DNA of 60,925 nt from Patescibacteria group bacterium (GCA_018902845.1 JAHIPV010000012.1:1-60925), one strand, 5' to 3'. Shown: positions 1-10,448, numbered from the stretch's first letter. Notes: generated by a model not told the origin, from the sequence alone. Translations and numbers: made by a program.

Positions 1-118
1 ATCAATTCGTACGACCTCTCCGACGTTACGTCGGAGCGCTCTTACCAACTGCGATTCCGACTTAAGTCGGATGAGTCCCGAAATTCGATTTATCGAATCA
101 TCGGGAAGCTACCCTGCC
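1..118 (-). tRNA. tRNA-like gene (3' end outside window) interrupted by palindromic insertions; isotype not assignable
   Basis: The minus strand reads GGCAGGGTAGCT-[55-nt insert, 52-106]-CAGTTGGTAAGAGCG-CTCCGACGTAACGTCGGAG-AGGTC. This gives an acceptor 5' half, D-arm, an abnormal anticodon arm and a variable loop. Confidence 0.55.
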
Positions 119-242
119 AACTACCCTGCCAAAGCTACACGATTATACCAAAAAATCCACTCCGGTATTCATCCGTCATTAAAAACCGCCATTTTTTCAC
201 TCAAACTATAAGATATACACTAGATATGTATATAACCCTATC

Positions 243-290
243 ACAAAACAACAAAAACCCTCTTTGTAAAGAGGGTTTTTGTTGTTTTGT
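243..290. terminator. Long perfect hairpin, probable intrinsic (possibly bidirectional) terminator after tRNA-Met
   Basis: ACAAAACAACAAAAACCCTCTTT-GT-AAAGAGGGTTTTTGTTGTTTTGT, a 23-bp inverted repeat. Confidence 0.75.
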
Positions 291-359
291 TGCGGAGCCA
301 GGAGTCGAACCTGGTCTGTAAGATTATGAGCCTCACGTGCAGCCGTACACTACCCCGCA
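290..359 (-). tRNA. tRNA with CAT anticodon (Met or Ile2)
   Basis: Reverse complement TGCGGGGTAGTGTACGGCTGCACGTGAGGCTCATAATCTTACAGACCAGGTTCGACTCCTGGCTCCGCAA folds as a cloverleaf with a CTCATAA loop and GGTTCGA T-loop. No encoded CCA. Confidence 0.9.
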
Positions 360-378
360 CATAATTACAGCATAAATT

Positions 379-729
379 CTACCACAAAAGCATCCATTTT
401 TTCCAATTACTTATCTTTTCCTCTGTTGTTAATTTTGGGTGAACCTGGCTGAAATCAATTTCAGGCAAAACAAGCCAGTAGTCATCTTCACCGCCTAATC
501 CAAATTTGTCTCGCAACTCTTCAGCCACAAAAGCAGAACTGCTGGCGTATTTTAATTTCTGTTTTAGTAAAATATTTTCTTCTTTTAAAAACTCCAATCT
601 ATTTTCTAAATTCTTGTTTTCTTTTTTAGCTTCTGATAATATCAATATCTGTTTTATACTGTTTCTAACAGATGATATAATAACAAATCCAATGACTAAA
701 TATAGGGCTATTTCTCTTGTTTTTTTCAT
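379..729 (-). CDS. Septum formation initiator (FtsB/DivIC-like)
   Basis: N-terminal TM helix, coiled coil, and an 'AFVAEELRDKFGLG' motif resembling DivIC E-x-x-A-R-x-x-L-G. Confidence 0.7.
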   Translation of the reverse strand: MKKTREIALYLVIGFVIISSVRNSIKQILILSEAKKENKNLENRLEFLKEENILLKQKLKYASSSAFVAEELRDKFGLGGEDDYWLVLPEIDFSQVHPKLTTEEKISNWKKWMLLW

Positions 730-771
730 TGACTTGTAAGCTATCCCTGTTTATGTTACTATAAGACCAAT

Positions 772-1638
772 ATGAACACAACTTTTGAAAAAGCACTAAA
801 TTTGTTTACCAAGTCCCTCTCAAAAGCAGGGAAATCAACCAATACCATTATAGCCTACAAAGGAGATATTAATCAGCTTTGTAACTTTTTAATTAGCACA
901 GGATCGGCCAACGATGTTACAAAAATCACCACTCAGCACATTGAAGAATTCAAAAAAAGTCTGCAAGACAAGAATTACACCGCCAAATCAGTTTCCAGAA
1001 AAATCAATTCTATAAAAAATTTCTTTGTCTTTTTAAAAAACGAAGGGGTTACTGACAAAGACCCTTCCGTGGGTATCAAGCATCCAAAATATGAAAACGG
1101 CCTGCCAAGAATTCTAAAGCCTTTAGAGTACAGATCGTTACGCGATGCTTGTAGAAACGATCTCCGGGCCACGGCCATTGTCGAGCTTATGCTCCAATGC
1201 GGTCTCAGAATTAAGGAAATAGAAAACCTAAAAATAGATAATATCGCCGACAATGAAATTGTCATTCAGGCTTATGAAAGCCACGGGGAACATACAGTTC
1301 CTCTAAATAATTCGGTTAAATCCGCTCTCAAAAATTATCTAAAAGATTCTCGCTTCCAAAGCAAAAACAAAAATGTGTTTGTCACAAAAACTGGCAGGGT
1401 ATTGCTAGCCAGAAATATCAGAAGCCTTTTAAACAGATATTTCAACAAAGCCGATATCCAAAATGTAAAAGTAAACGATCTTAGAAATACTTTTATTGCT
1501 TTTCAGCTTAAAGCCGGTATACCAATTGATATCGTTTCACAAATTGTTGGTCACAAAAGAATTTCTACTACCGAAAAATACCTCCAACTGATCGAAGGCA
1601 AAGAGGAAAGTCGTGGGATCAAATTAAAAGAGTTATAA
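772..1638 (+). CDS. Tyrosine recombinase, XerC/XerD-like
   Basis: N-terminal SAM-like domain, GLRIKE, DLRNTF and VGHKRISTTEKY catalytic motifs. Confidence 0.9.
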   Translation: MNTTFEKALNLFTKSLSKAGKSTNTIIAYKGDINQLCNFLISTGSANDVTKITTQHIEEFKKSLQDKNYTAKSVSRKINSIKNFFVFLKNEGVTDKDPSVGIKHPKYENGLPRILKPLEYRSLRDACRNDLRATAIVELMLQCGLRIKEIENLKIDNIADNEIVIQAYESHGEHTVPLNNSVKSALKNYLKDSRFQSKNKNVFVTKTGRVLLARNIRSLLNRYFNKADIQNVKVNDLRNTFIAFQLKAGIPIDIVSQIVGHKRISTTEKYLQLIEGKEESRGIKLKEL

Positions 1639-1640
1639 AA

Positions 1641-3974
1641 CTAAAACTTTGCTCTTTTGGCTATATCAGATTCCACAATAGCTCTAGGCTTACCATATTT
1701 TAAAGAAGATAGTTTTTTGATCATTTCCGCCATTTTTCGATTTCCCGGTGCCTGTCTTTCCTTGGCTGCTACCTGTAACGAAAAAGGAGTTTTGGGTATA
1801 CCGTTTATCATAGTTTTCATATAAATCTCTCCCACCGGCAGGTTCATCAAGTCCTGTTCCCCAAAAGTTGGCTGATATTGTCTTACCAGGAATCCGGCAT
1901 CGGCAATACCGGTTCTAAAACTGCATATAGTACCTACATTTCCAAACACAGCATTTTTTACCTCTTCTTCCATTTGAGATATAAACTGGTTAGCCACAAT
2001 CAAGTTCAAATGATACTTCCTTGCTTCGCTCATGATTACGGCAAAATCCTGCGTGGCAAAATTTTGGAACTCATCGACATACAAATAAAAATCTCTCCTC
2101 TTTTCTTCCGGCACATCCTGCCTGCTCATGGCTGCGATCAAAATTTTTGGAATCAAAATCAAACCCAAAAACGACGAATTCTCCTCACCAATAGTACCTT
2201 TAGCTAAGTTGATGATCAAAATTTTACCTTCATCCATGGCTGTTCTAAAATCAAAAGATGACTTTGATTGGCCAATGATATTTCTCATCATTGTATTGGT
2301 AATAAAACGGCCAAATTTTGACACGATATAGTCCAGTACCTCAGATTTGTGGAATTCGTTTGTTTGGGCAATCTGATCTGTCCAATATCTCTTAACCATC
2401 GGATCTTTTACTTTCGGCAACATCTGTTGTACATAAGATTGATCGGTCAAGCAACGTACAATTTCGATAAAAGTTGCCCCTGGTTCACTCATTACCGTCA
2501 GCATTATATTTCGGATACTATGTTCAAATCTTGGCCCTACAATTCCTGTTTTGTAAGGGTCATAAAGTTTATACATCAAATTTATAATTGATGAAGTTAC
2601 AAAGTCTTTCTGGTCTTCTCTCTCGCACTCCATCACATTAAAACCCATTGGCCTATCCGTTACCGAAGGATCAAAATAAATTACATCCTCCACTCTTTCG
2701 GGCGGGATTCTTTCCAAAATGCTTTCAAATGTATCGTGTGGATCAATAAAACAAACCCCTTTTCCTGCTTTTATATCTTGCAGAGCCATATCAGCCAATA
2801 ACCATGATTTACCCACACCAGTCTGTCCGATGATATAAAAATGTCTTTGTCTGTCCGATTCCCCCATACAAAACTTTTTTGATACACCTCGATACTTATT
2901 ATCACCGATATACAAGCCTTCCTGTGGAGAATCAGCCGGCGCCGCCGCTTTTTTTGCCTTCAGCCAATATATGTTTGGTGTTTCAACCGTTCTATTGGGT
3001 AAATGAAAAACCGAAGCTATTTCATCAGACGACAAAATGGTTTTTCCTTTATGCCAAAAAATCAGTGGATATTTATAAATAAAATCAGTCATAAAAAAGC
3101 TTTTCAATCTTATTTTTCTTCCAGAAAACTTGTTCCACGGTGATTCAAACTGAGTAAAACAAGATTTAATGTTAGACAAATTACTTTTAGCCGATCCTTC
3201 GTCCTTGGCTACCGATACTATCCTGATGATAGTTTCAAAACCAACATTACCGGATTTAATATCAATTGCTTCTAATTGTTTAGCATCAATCTTGTAAGAA
3301 GCTTTTTCTGGATTAGCTTCAGATTTTTTAGTATCAGAAATAAAATTCTTACCCTCTTTCGACCAGCTTCCGTCTGTAGCCGACAAAATTATTTGTATTG
3401 CCGCCGATTCGTTTTCTCTCAATTTAGATAAAGTAGAAGTTAAGGAAGACAACGGATCAACCGGTATTTCTCTGTAAGTCTTAATTGGATAAAAACTGGA
3501 TTTTTTTGTCCCCAAGGCCGCATATTCCACCTTTCCCTCGGCAATAAAAATATTTGGATCTTCTACTTCTTTTATATCTGCACCAGGATAAACGCTATAT
3601 AATTGCTTTTCAATCATATCTTGATATTTCTTTGGTACCGAAATATAAAATCTGATATCTTCACTAGTCCCAATAATTTCCAAAGATAAACTTGGCTGGG
3701 CCACAAACGCTTGCAATAATTTAATCTTGGCTTTTTTATACATATTTCCAAAAGAAGATATCACCTGTTCCATTGAGTCAATTTTTATCTCATTATCATC
3801 AGGAACAGCCAGTAACAAGGTAACTAAATCCAAAGATCTTTTTTCTCTGTCTCTCCATTTACACCACAATACAAAAACATAAAAACAAAAACCTAGTAAA
3901 ATCAACACCAAGGTTAATATCACCAGCAAAAACACCCCTCTGCTTATTTGATCTGCAATATTTTCACCCATCAT
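1641..3974 (-). CDS. VirB4/VirD4(TraG)/HerA-like P-loop ATPase with N-terminal membrane anchor
   Basis: Walker A GQTGVGKS, Walker B LYVDEFQNF, SEARKY and ANQFISQ motifs. Confidence 0.85.
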   Translation of the reverse strand: MMGENIADQISRGVFLLVILTLVLILLGFCFYVFVLWCKWRDREKRSLDLVTLLLAVPDDNEIKIDSMEQVISSFGNMYKKAKIKLLQAFVAQPSLSLEIIGTSEDIRFYISVPKKYQDMIEKQLYSVYPGADIKEVEDPNIFIAEGKVEYAALGTKKSSFYPIKTYREIPVDPLSSLTSTLSKLRENESAAIQIILSATDGSWSKEGKNFISDTKKSEANPEKASYKIDAKQLEAIDIKSGNVGFETIIRIVSVAKDEGSAKSNLSNIKSCFTQFESPWNKFSGRKIRLKSFFMTDFIYKYPLIFWHKGKTILSSDEIASVFHLPNRTVETPNIYWLKAKKAAAPADSPQEGLYIGDNKYRGVSKKFCMGESDRQRHFYIIGQTGVGKSWLLADMALQDIKAGKGVCFIDPHDTFESILERIPPERVEDVIYFDPSVTDRPMGFNVMECEREDQKDFVTSSIINLMYKLYDPYKTGIVGPRFEHSIRNIMLTVMSEPGATFIEIVRCLTDQSYVQQMLPKVKDPMVKRYWTDQIAQTNEFHKSEVLDYIVSKFGRFITNTMMRNIIGQSKSSFDFRTAMDEGKILIINLAKGTIGEENSSFLGLILIPKILIAAMSRQDVPEEKRRDFYLYVDEFQNFATQDFAVIMSEARKYHLNLIVANQFISQMEEEVKNAVFGNVGTICSFRTGIADAGFLVRQYQPTFGEQDLMNLPVGEIYMKTMINGIPKTPFSLQVAAKERQAPGNRKMAEMIKKLSSLKYGKPRAIVESDIAKRAKF

Positions 3975-4357
3975 TATTCTTCAACCTTTTTAAAGGACAC
4001 CTCGCCTTTATTTTTTTTAATAATTCTAAACACAAAAACTGACAACCATCTACCAGCCTCACTTAGCCCCTTTTTAAAACCAGTCACAAACGTTTTTCTG
4101 TCTATTGGCAATTCCACCTTAACTTCTTCATCGTCTACGGCGGTCAAAACCTTTTGCCCCGTATCGTCACTTACACTTTTTTGCTGACTTGGGTCAAGCT
4201 CAAAATCTTCCATCCAGCTTTTAACCTCTCTTGGCAGGGTAACATCTTTTCTTGTTTCAACCAAGCCTTGCCTTATTCTCTTTTCAGGTTGTTCAACGCC
4301 ACCAGCTTCAATTCCCACCTTTTCCGACCCAACACCTTTTTCTTTAATTTCAGCCAT
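3974..4357 (-). CDS. Hypothetical protein
   Basis: 127-aa ORF whose stop overlaps the ATPase start (translational coupling). Confidence 0.7.
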   Translation of the reverse strand: MAEIKEKGVGSEKVGIEAGGVEQPEKRIRQGLVETRKDVTLPREVKSWMEDFELDPSQQKSVSDDTGQKVLTAVDDEEVKVELPIDRKTFVTGFKKGLSEAGRWLSVFVFRIIKKNKGEVSFKKVEE

Positions 4358-4421
4358 GCTAAAAGTATATATCTAAAATCGTTTATAATCACTATATGGC
4401 CATTAAATAATCTATAAACCC

Positions 4422-5579
4422 ATGAAACAAAGCCAATCCATAAAAAAAATTTATCAAATCGACAATTCCATAAAGTGGCTTCCTATGCTCACTACTGTAT
4501 TGTTTCTAATTATTATTTTTTTATTTATTTGGTTTTTTCGCGGTGGCAGTTTCAAGCTCTATGCTAGCTTGTTTTTCTCCCTTTATTTTCTGACTCATCA
4601 AATTTGGCTTTCTGTAATTCTTATCGGAGTTATCCAAAATCTGGCGTTTCTACCTCTAAGATTTATTGGTCTCAAACTTTCTACCTCCCTAAAAGCATTT
4701 GAAGAAAATCTGGATCAAACCAAAGAATCAGATCAATATTTTCTTTTTACAAAAAAAGTAAAAGAAGGGGATACTACCGTTCTTTTTTATATCTTTAATT
4801 TTATTGTTAACGCCATTGCCTTTTTTTCAGCTGGTCGAATATTTTTAATTGATTTTTATAGTTCTCAAATAAGCACAAAATATCTTTACGATTGGGTGCC
4901 TTACCCCAAATACCCCTTAAATGGAACAACCTTCAATTTTCCATTTCTTAATATAGACAAAACTTTTTCTCTTCCATGGAAAAATATCATTACTGTTTGG
5001 GTTTTTATTTTAATTGGTCTGATTGTCCCAAGACTAATATGGCGTTTTCTAAAAATTTTTCTTCATAAAAACAAAGAAATCCTAAAAGCCCGCATCAGTT
5101 ACAACAAAATTCTCCTTTATATCGGCGGTTTTACCGGTACTCTATTTGTCGTTTCGCTTTTTATTCTTCGCCATATTCCAACTGTAGCTCATGCCATCAC
5201 TTTGTCGGTTGATCTTACCAAACCAAGTCCGGCTATGAACTTGATTACCGCCATTGGTACTTTTATTACTACCCTTCACGCCGGTTGGAAACGAAACAAA
5301 GAAACTGTCAAAAAAGCTCAGCAAGCCAAAATTCCTCAAAAAGTAATAGAAACAGTCTCAAAAGACAATCTTTCTAATAGTTTTAGAAATGCTGTTATAT
5401 TGGGCATTGGTGCTTATGTAGTCACTTCTCAAATTCCTTCGGCCTTTGAATTATCTGTTCTAGTCTTCGAAGTTCTCTATATTCTGTCTCCCTACACCTT
5501 CGACCTAATCTTGAAAAAACAAGTGAATACGCAGTCCGCCCGTGGCGGATCAACCAAACCTGTCATTGCGAGCGAATAA
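4422..5579 (+). CDS. Multi-pass membrane protein (weakly YidC/Oxa1-like)
   Basis: Several TM segments, including 'WLSVILIGVIQNLAFLPL'. The 3' end runs into a palindromic repeat. Confidence 0.6.
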   Translation: MKQSQSIKKIYQIDNSIKWLPMLTTVLFLIIIFLFIWFFRGGSFKLYASLFFSLYFLTHQIWLSVILIGVIQNLAFLPLRFIGLKLSTSLKAFEENLDQTKESDQYFLFTKKVKEGDTTVLFYIFNFIVNAIAFFSAGRIFLIDFYSSQISTKYLYDWVPYPKYPLNGTTFNFPFLNIDKTFSLPWKNIITVWVFILIGLIVPRLIWRFLKIFLHKNKEILKARISYNKILLYIGGFTGTLFVVSLFILRHIPTVAHAITLSVDLTKPSPAMNLITAIGTFITTLHAGWKRNKETVKKAQQAKIPQKVIETVSKDNLSNSFRNAVILGIGAYVVTSQIPSAFELSVLVFEVLYILSPYTFDLILKKQVNTQSARGGSTKPVIASE

Positions 5580-5597
5580 AAACGAGCGCGACAACCA
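5533..5597. repeat. Short palindromic/MITE-like repeat (TCCGCC..GGCGGA hairpin plus TGTCATTGCGAG..CAACC)
   Basis: The same motifs recur at 11604-11660, 11797 and 11870. Confidence 0.6.
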
Positions 5598-5722
5598 CAT
5601 TTATCCATCTTCTTCCAAAACAAACACCACCACAATACTCAGAATCAAGCCCTCCTGTATTTACCATAAATAAATTATATCACATTTTTTCAATAACACT
5701 AAATTTTCTGTTAATCTAAATT

Positions 5723-6901
5723 ATGTCAATCAGCAAAAACAAAAACCCTCCCACTATAGTACTTGGCGGTTGGTATCAAAGAACCACCCTACATTTAAGC
5801 GAAATTTATGATTTTCTGGCTCTGGCTCACTCAAGACTGCCACTTTCTACCCAAAAATTAACAGCCTTACACCAAAAACTAAACATAAATTCAGTCAGCC
5901 GCCAAGCTGATTATTTGGAATTTGTCCAAGCTCAAACCAAGGACAACATAGAAATCAGGTACTACGAAGACGGCCTCTACATTCTCAAAATAAAATCATC
6001 AGATATCAAAAAAGCCCAAAAAAAACTCCAAAATTATTTTGATAATTTTTTCAATCCAGCCATTTCTTATATTTTTTCTCTCGGTGCCCCCACCCCAAAA
6101 ATTTTAGCTAATATCAAAATTCATAATCCTCTTGCCGTTTTGATAAACAAAGACCAAGTCAAAAAAATCAAATTTGACAAACAAAACTTTGGTGAAGTTT
6201 ATAGCAAAATCAGCTCAAAGGATCTTACTGTTTACAAAACTCCCCAATATATTTTTATTGAGTCTCCCCAGGCAAATCAAAATGCTATGAATCTTGTTGA
6301 AACTCAAATCTTTTTTAGGGAATTCAAAGACCAACTTGAAAAATATCTAAACATTCACCGCCAAATCTGGGAAGATATCTCACAAATTAAGGAACAGCGT
6401 TTTATAAAAGGCAAACAAGTTGAATCGGTTCGCCAAAAGCTTGATGCTCAGCAAAAAACCGTCAACCTTATCAACAGTCGCATCACTCAAATGTCATCCT
6501 ATGTCAAAACTCGTGCTTCCATCGCTCAAAAATTTAATTTAGAGCAAGACTTGCTTGCTATTTTTCAATATAAATTCGAAACTCTTTCCAACACTCATCT
6601 TTATATCAAGGAAATTTGGAAAATGACCAGTGATTATTTATCCACTGCCATTGGAGTTATTGTTGAAATAAAAAACCAATCAACCACTAACAATATAAAA
6701 TCACTAAGTTTTATAACCGCCATCGGAGTTCTTAGCGGAATAACCAATTACTTTACCAAAAATGAATTTCCTGTCTTTACGTCAGTAGGTTTTCTCTATT
6801 TCGTTTTTCTTGTTATTTGCGCCTTTTTGGTTAATCAAATTATTAGCCTAGTTTACCAGCACATCAAATACGAACTCAAATTTTCTAAAGACAAAAAGTA
6901 G
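5723..6901 (+). CDS. Hypothetical protein with helical core and two C-terminal TM helices (CorA-like topology)
   Basis: Long helical region followed by two hydrophobic segments; no GMN motif. Confidence 0.6.
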   Translation: MSISKNKNPPTIVLGGWYQRTTLHLSEIYDFLALAHSRLPLSTQKLTALHQKLNINSVSRQADYLEFVQAQTKDNIEIRYYEDGLYILKIKSSDIKKAQKKLQNYFDNFFNPAISYIFSLGAPTPKILANIKIHNPLAVLINKDQVKKIKFDKQNFGEVYSKISSKDLTVYKTPQYIFIESPQANQNAMNLVETQIFFREFKDQLEKYLNIHRQIWEDISQIKEQRFIKGKQVESVRQKLDAQQKTVNLINSRITQMSSYVKTRASIAQKFNLEQDLLAIFQYKFETLSNTHLYIKEIWKMTSDYLSTAIGVIVEIKNQSTTNNIKSLSFITAIGVLSGITNYFTKNEFPVFTSVGFLYFVFLVICAFLVNQIISLVYQHIKYELKFSKDKK

Positions 6902-6903
6902 CA

Positions 6904-7986
6904 ATGCCCTCAAAATTTACCAAAGCTATATTTCTTCAATTTTCCGGCATGGTCGGAGCCGGGATTTTTTCCCTGCCTTTTGTTTATAGTCAGTCAAGTT
7001 TTAATTTAAGCATACTTGGTCTTATTTTTTTAACCTTAATCACCGCCTTCATTAATCTTCTTTATATAGACATCATCAACGCCACCCCTGGAGATCATCA
7101 ACTCCCTGGTTACGCCCAAATCTATTTAGGCTCTTTTTTCAAAAATATTTCTATCTTAAATATTTCCCTCACTTCACTTGGAGCTACTTATGCTTTTACT
7201 ACCCTAGCCTCCGGTTTTTTGACTGTTCTTTTTCCTTATCTTTCTGTCTATCTTGCCACAGCAATTTTTCTCATTTTCTTATTTTTAATCCATATAAACA
7301 ACAATAAATTTTCTAATAAATTATCAGATATTATCCCTATTTTATTTTTGTTTCTTCCTATTTTTTTCTTCTCTTTTATTTTTCAAAACAGGCTTCCGTC
7401 CATAGTCATCAACAATCCATCCCTTGTCTTTTTTGGCCCCACTATTTTTGCTCTTTCCGGTTTTACTATTCTCCCCGAAGTCGAAGAAATTTTGAGAGGT
7501 CAAAAAAATTACAAAAAGCTTTTCAAAAAAGCTTCTTTAATTGGTCTATTTTTAGCTTCTTTCCTCTATCTCCTTTTTTCTTATTCGATTCTAAAAATCA
7601 GCGGCCCTTTTTTAACCCAAAACTTGGTAGACGGCTTGGTACAAGTTTCTCCTTTTTTAAGCAAAATCCTTGCTATCTTTGGTCTTTGTGTTACTTTCAG
7701 TGCTTCTCTTATTTTTTTAAATATTTTCAAAGAAGTCTTTTATCGCGACCTTAACATAAAACAAAATCTAGCCAGGTTTTTACCCATACTCATACCAATT
7801 ATCGCCATCACAATTATAAAAACATCTTTTATTTCGGTTATTTCCCTAATTGGCTCTCTTTCCGTTTTCCTTTCAGCTATTATTATCTCTTTAATTCGTC
7901 TCAAACTCCCTCACAAAAATTTTCACAAACTCCAAATCCTAGCCGTTCTTGTCACCTTCCTCCTCGGCCTCCTCTCGCTTTTTTAA
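6904..7986 (+). CDS. Aromatic amino acid permease family transporter
   Basis: GMVGAGIFSLPF N-terminal motif, FALSGFTILPE, about 11 TM segments. Confidence 0.85.
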   Translation: MPSKFTKAIFLQFSGMVGAGIFSLPFVYSQSSFNLSILGLIFLTLITAFINLLYIDIINATPGDHQLPGYAQIYLGSFFKNISILNISLTSLGATYAFTTLASGFLTVLFPYLSVYLATAIFLIFLFLIHINNNKFSNKLSDIIPILFLFLPIFFFSFIFQNRLPSIVINNPSLVFFGPTIFALSGFTILPEVEEILRGQKNYKKLFKKASLIGLFLASFLYLLFSYSILKISGPFLTQNLVDGLVQVSPFLSKILAIFGLCVTFSASLIFLNIFKEVFYRDLNIKQNLARFLPILIPIIAITIIKTSFISVISLIGSLSVFLSAIIISLIRLKLPHKNFHKLQILAVLVTFLLGLLSLF

Positions 7987-7994
7987 CTATACAC

Positions 7995-8023
7995 TTGACA
8001 ATACACTAAAGTGTATACATAAT
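7995..8023 (+). promoter_or_regulatory. Sigma70 promoter of the TA operon with palindromic operator in the spacer
   Basis: TTGACA(7995)-17 bp-CATAAT(8018). The spacer contains the perfect IR ATACACT-AA-AGTGTAT. Confidence 0.75.
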
Positions 8024-8029
8024 TAAAGC

Positions 8030-8293
8030 ATGAACTTCATGTCAACTACCGATTTAAGAACGAAATCATCACAACTAATAAAACTGCTTTTAGCAGGGGA
8101 TTCTGTTTCTTTGCTATACAGATCTAAAATAGTAGGTCAAATAATACCTCAGGAAGATCAACTAGAATCAGAAAAGAAACAACCACTTTCCTATCTTCTA
8201 AAAAAACTTAGACCTACAAAAAACTTTCCACAAGACTATCGCAAAGCTTACAGAAAACGTTTAAAAAAGGAATATGGCAAATATTTTTCTTGA
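8030..8293 (+). CDS. Antitoxin (Phd/YefM-like)
   Basis: 'STTDLRTKSSQLIKLL' Phd-like N-terminus; overlaps the PIN gene. Confidence 0.75.
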   Translation: MNFMSTTDLRTKSSQLIKLLLAGDSVSLLYRSKIVGQIIPQEDQLESEKKQPLSYLLKKLRPTKNFPQDYRKAYRKRLKKEYGKYFS

Positions 8294-8642
8294 TACTAAC
8301 TATTTTATCGGTCTTATCCAAAAAAAAATTAAAATTAAACAATTATTGGATTTTCATAAACTTTTTATTTCACCACTTAGTGTTCATATTTGGGCTTATA
8401 TTGGAAAAGAAAAAATACCAAGTAAAAAACTTAATGAATTTTTAGAAACTTTTTACTTTGTTAATTTTGATAAAGACATTTTAGAAAAATCACTAAAAGG
8501 CCCCACTAATGATTTCGAGGACAATGTTCAGTTACATTCAGCTCTTTTAGTCAACTGTCAAATTTTCCTTACTTTAGACAAACAACTCCTAAAAATGGCC
8601 TATTTCGGCCAGACGGAAATAAAACAAAATATCCAAGACTAG
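8274..8642 (+). CDS. PIN-domain (VapC-like) toxin
   Basis: IFLDTN, DFEDNVQ and FLTLD PIN motifs. Confidence 0.85.
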   Translation: MANIFLDTNYFIGLIQKKIKIKQLLDFHKLFISPLSVHIWAYIGKEKIPSKKLNEFLETFYFVNFDKDILEKSLKGPTNDFEDNVQLHSALLVNCQIFLTLDKQLLKMAYFGQTEIKQNIQD

Positions 8643-8657
8643 TGCTAAAATCCATCA

Positions 8658-10448
8658 ATGGATAATCAGGTCGAAGAAATCAAAAACAAGCTTGATATTG
8701 TCAATGTAATCAGCCAATATCTAACACTCAAAAAACGCGGTCGTCACTTTTTGGCCTGCTGTCCTTTTCATGGCGAAAAAACTCCTTCTTTTACAGTTTC
8801 TCCCGAACTTCAAATTTTTAAATGTTTTGGTTGTGGCAAAGGCGGGGATATTTTTACTTTTCTCCAAGAATACGAAAAAATTGATTTTAGAGAAGCTTTA
8901 GAGATTTTGGCCAAACAAGCCGGAATCACTCTAAAAAGATCAGCCGAATTTACCCAATCTTACGATCAAAAGAAAAAAATACTTGAAATCAACAATCTGC
9001 TTTCTCATTTTTACCACTTTGTTTTGACAAAACATGATCAAGGCAAACAAGCTTTAAATTATTTAAACAAACGGCAAATCTCCTCAAAAACTATCAACAC
9101 ATTTAAAATCGGCTATTCGCCTCAAAATTCAAACAGCCTTTTGAATTTTCTATCAAAAAAAGGCTATAAGCCCCAAGAACTAATAGCTTCTGGTACTTTT
9201 GGTCAATCCTATAATCGTTTATATGATCGTTTTCGTCATCGGCTGGTTTTTCCTCTTATAAACCACCGTGATCAAATTGTCGCTTTTTCCGGTCGTATAT
9301 TGCCATCATCCGGCGATCAAAAATTAGCCAAATATATAAACTCACCGGAAACAGATCTATACCACAAAGGCGGTATGTTTTTTGGGCTCAATCTGGCCAG
9401 AAATCATATTCGAAAAAAAGACTCAGTCATTGTTGTCGAGGGTGAGTTCGATATGATTTCACCTTTCCAAGCCGGTATCAAAAACATTGTTGCCCTAAAA
9501 GGCACCGCTTTTACACAAGATCAACTTCGGCTTCTAAAAAGATACACAGAAAATTTAGTTTTAAGTTTTGACTCGGATTTTGCCGGTACTCTGGCCGCCA
9601 GAAAAAGCATAGAATTGGCCGATTCTATCGGTTTTAACATAAAAGTTTTAGATTTAAAAAATAAGTACAAAGATCCCGACGAAGCTGTTTTAACCGATCT
9701 GCCTTTTTTCAAAAAACAAGTCAAACACAGCCTGTCTATTTGGGATTATTTAATCCGTAGTGCCGTTTCCAATTTTGGTATAGACACGGACAAAGGCAAA
9801 AAACAAATTCTTTCTTTTACTCTACCTTTCTTAGCCAAAATCGACAATTCTGTTATTAAATCAGATTATCTTCGCAAGCTGGCCGCAGAACTTGGGGTTG
9901 ACAAAAATGCTGTCGCTCAAGAAGCCGATAAACTCAGTAAGCCTAATGCTAACAATAATTCTGTTGCTTCAATTTCCTTCATCCACAAACCCAGTCAGGA
10001 AATACTTAGGACAGAAAAATTGGAAGAATATTTATTGGTTTTGCTTTTTTCTGCCCAAAATCCTATCGAATTACTCAAAGAAATCAGCCCCGAGACAGAT
10101 TTGGATCAGATTTTAAGCATGGTCAAATTCAAAACCGTCCTAAACTTGCTTTCAAAACAAAAAAACTTCATCGCCATTTCATTTTCAAAAAAACTGCCAC
10201 CGGAATTAAAAGATATATTTGCCTCCATCTATATCTCCGCCACCGCCAATCAATTCGACCAAGAAAAAATACTTTTAGAGATAAACAAGGTAATCAAAAA
10301 CATCAAGTTGGTTAATCTCAAAACGACACTAAAGGAGTTAAGTCTAAAAATCGCCCGTCTGGAAAATCGCGGACCTGGCGATGAGTTAAAAAAAACCGAA
10401 GAAGAGTATAATCTGACTATTGGAAAGTTATCAAAACTTCAATCATAA
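8658..10448 (+). CDS. dnaG: DNA primase
   Basis: CPFHGEKTPSF/CFGC zinc finger, KYINSPET, VEGEFD, DSDFAG TOPRIM, KDPDE. Confidence 0.97.
   Translation: MDNQVEEIKNKLDIVNVISQYLTLKKRGRHFLACCPFHGEKTPSFTVSPELQIFKCFGCGKGGDIFTFLQEYEKIDFREALEILAKQAGITLKRSAEFTQSYDQKKKILEINNLLSHFYHFVLTKHDQGKQALNYLNKRQISSKTINTFKIGYSPQNSNSLLNFLSKKGYKPQELIASGTFGQSYNRLYDRFRHRLVFPLINHRDQIVAFSGRILPSSGDQKLAKYINSPETDLYHKGGMFFGLNLARNHIRKKDSVIVVEGEFDMISPFQAGIKNIVALKGTAFTQDQLRLLKRYTENLVLSFDSDFAGTLAARKSIELADSIGFNIKVLDLKNKYKDPDEAVLTDLPFFKKQVKHSLSIWDYLIRSAVSNFGIDTDKGKKQILSFTLPFLAKIDNSVIKSDYLRKLAAELGVDKNAVAQEADKLSKPNANNNSVASISFIHKPSQEILRTEKLEEYLLVLLFSAQNPIELLKEISPETDLDQILSMVKFKTVLNLLSKQKNFIAISFSKKLPPELKDIFASIYISATANQFDQEKILLEINKVIKNIKLVNLKTTLKELSLKIARLENRGPGDELKKTEEEYNLTIGKLSKLQS

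Noticed and set aside
772-1638. Tyrosine recombinase as the island integrase
   Set aside because: It lies 10 kb away among core genes, and the junctions coincide with the serine recombinase genes instead.
1641-3974. ATPase as conjugation machinery of the island
   Set aside because: It is outside the att-bounded region and has no relaxase or other T4SS genes nearby.
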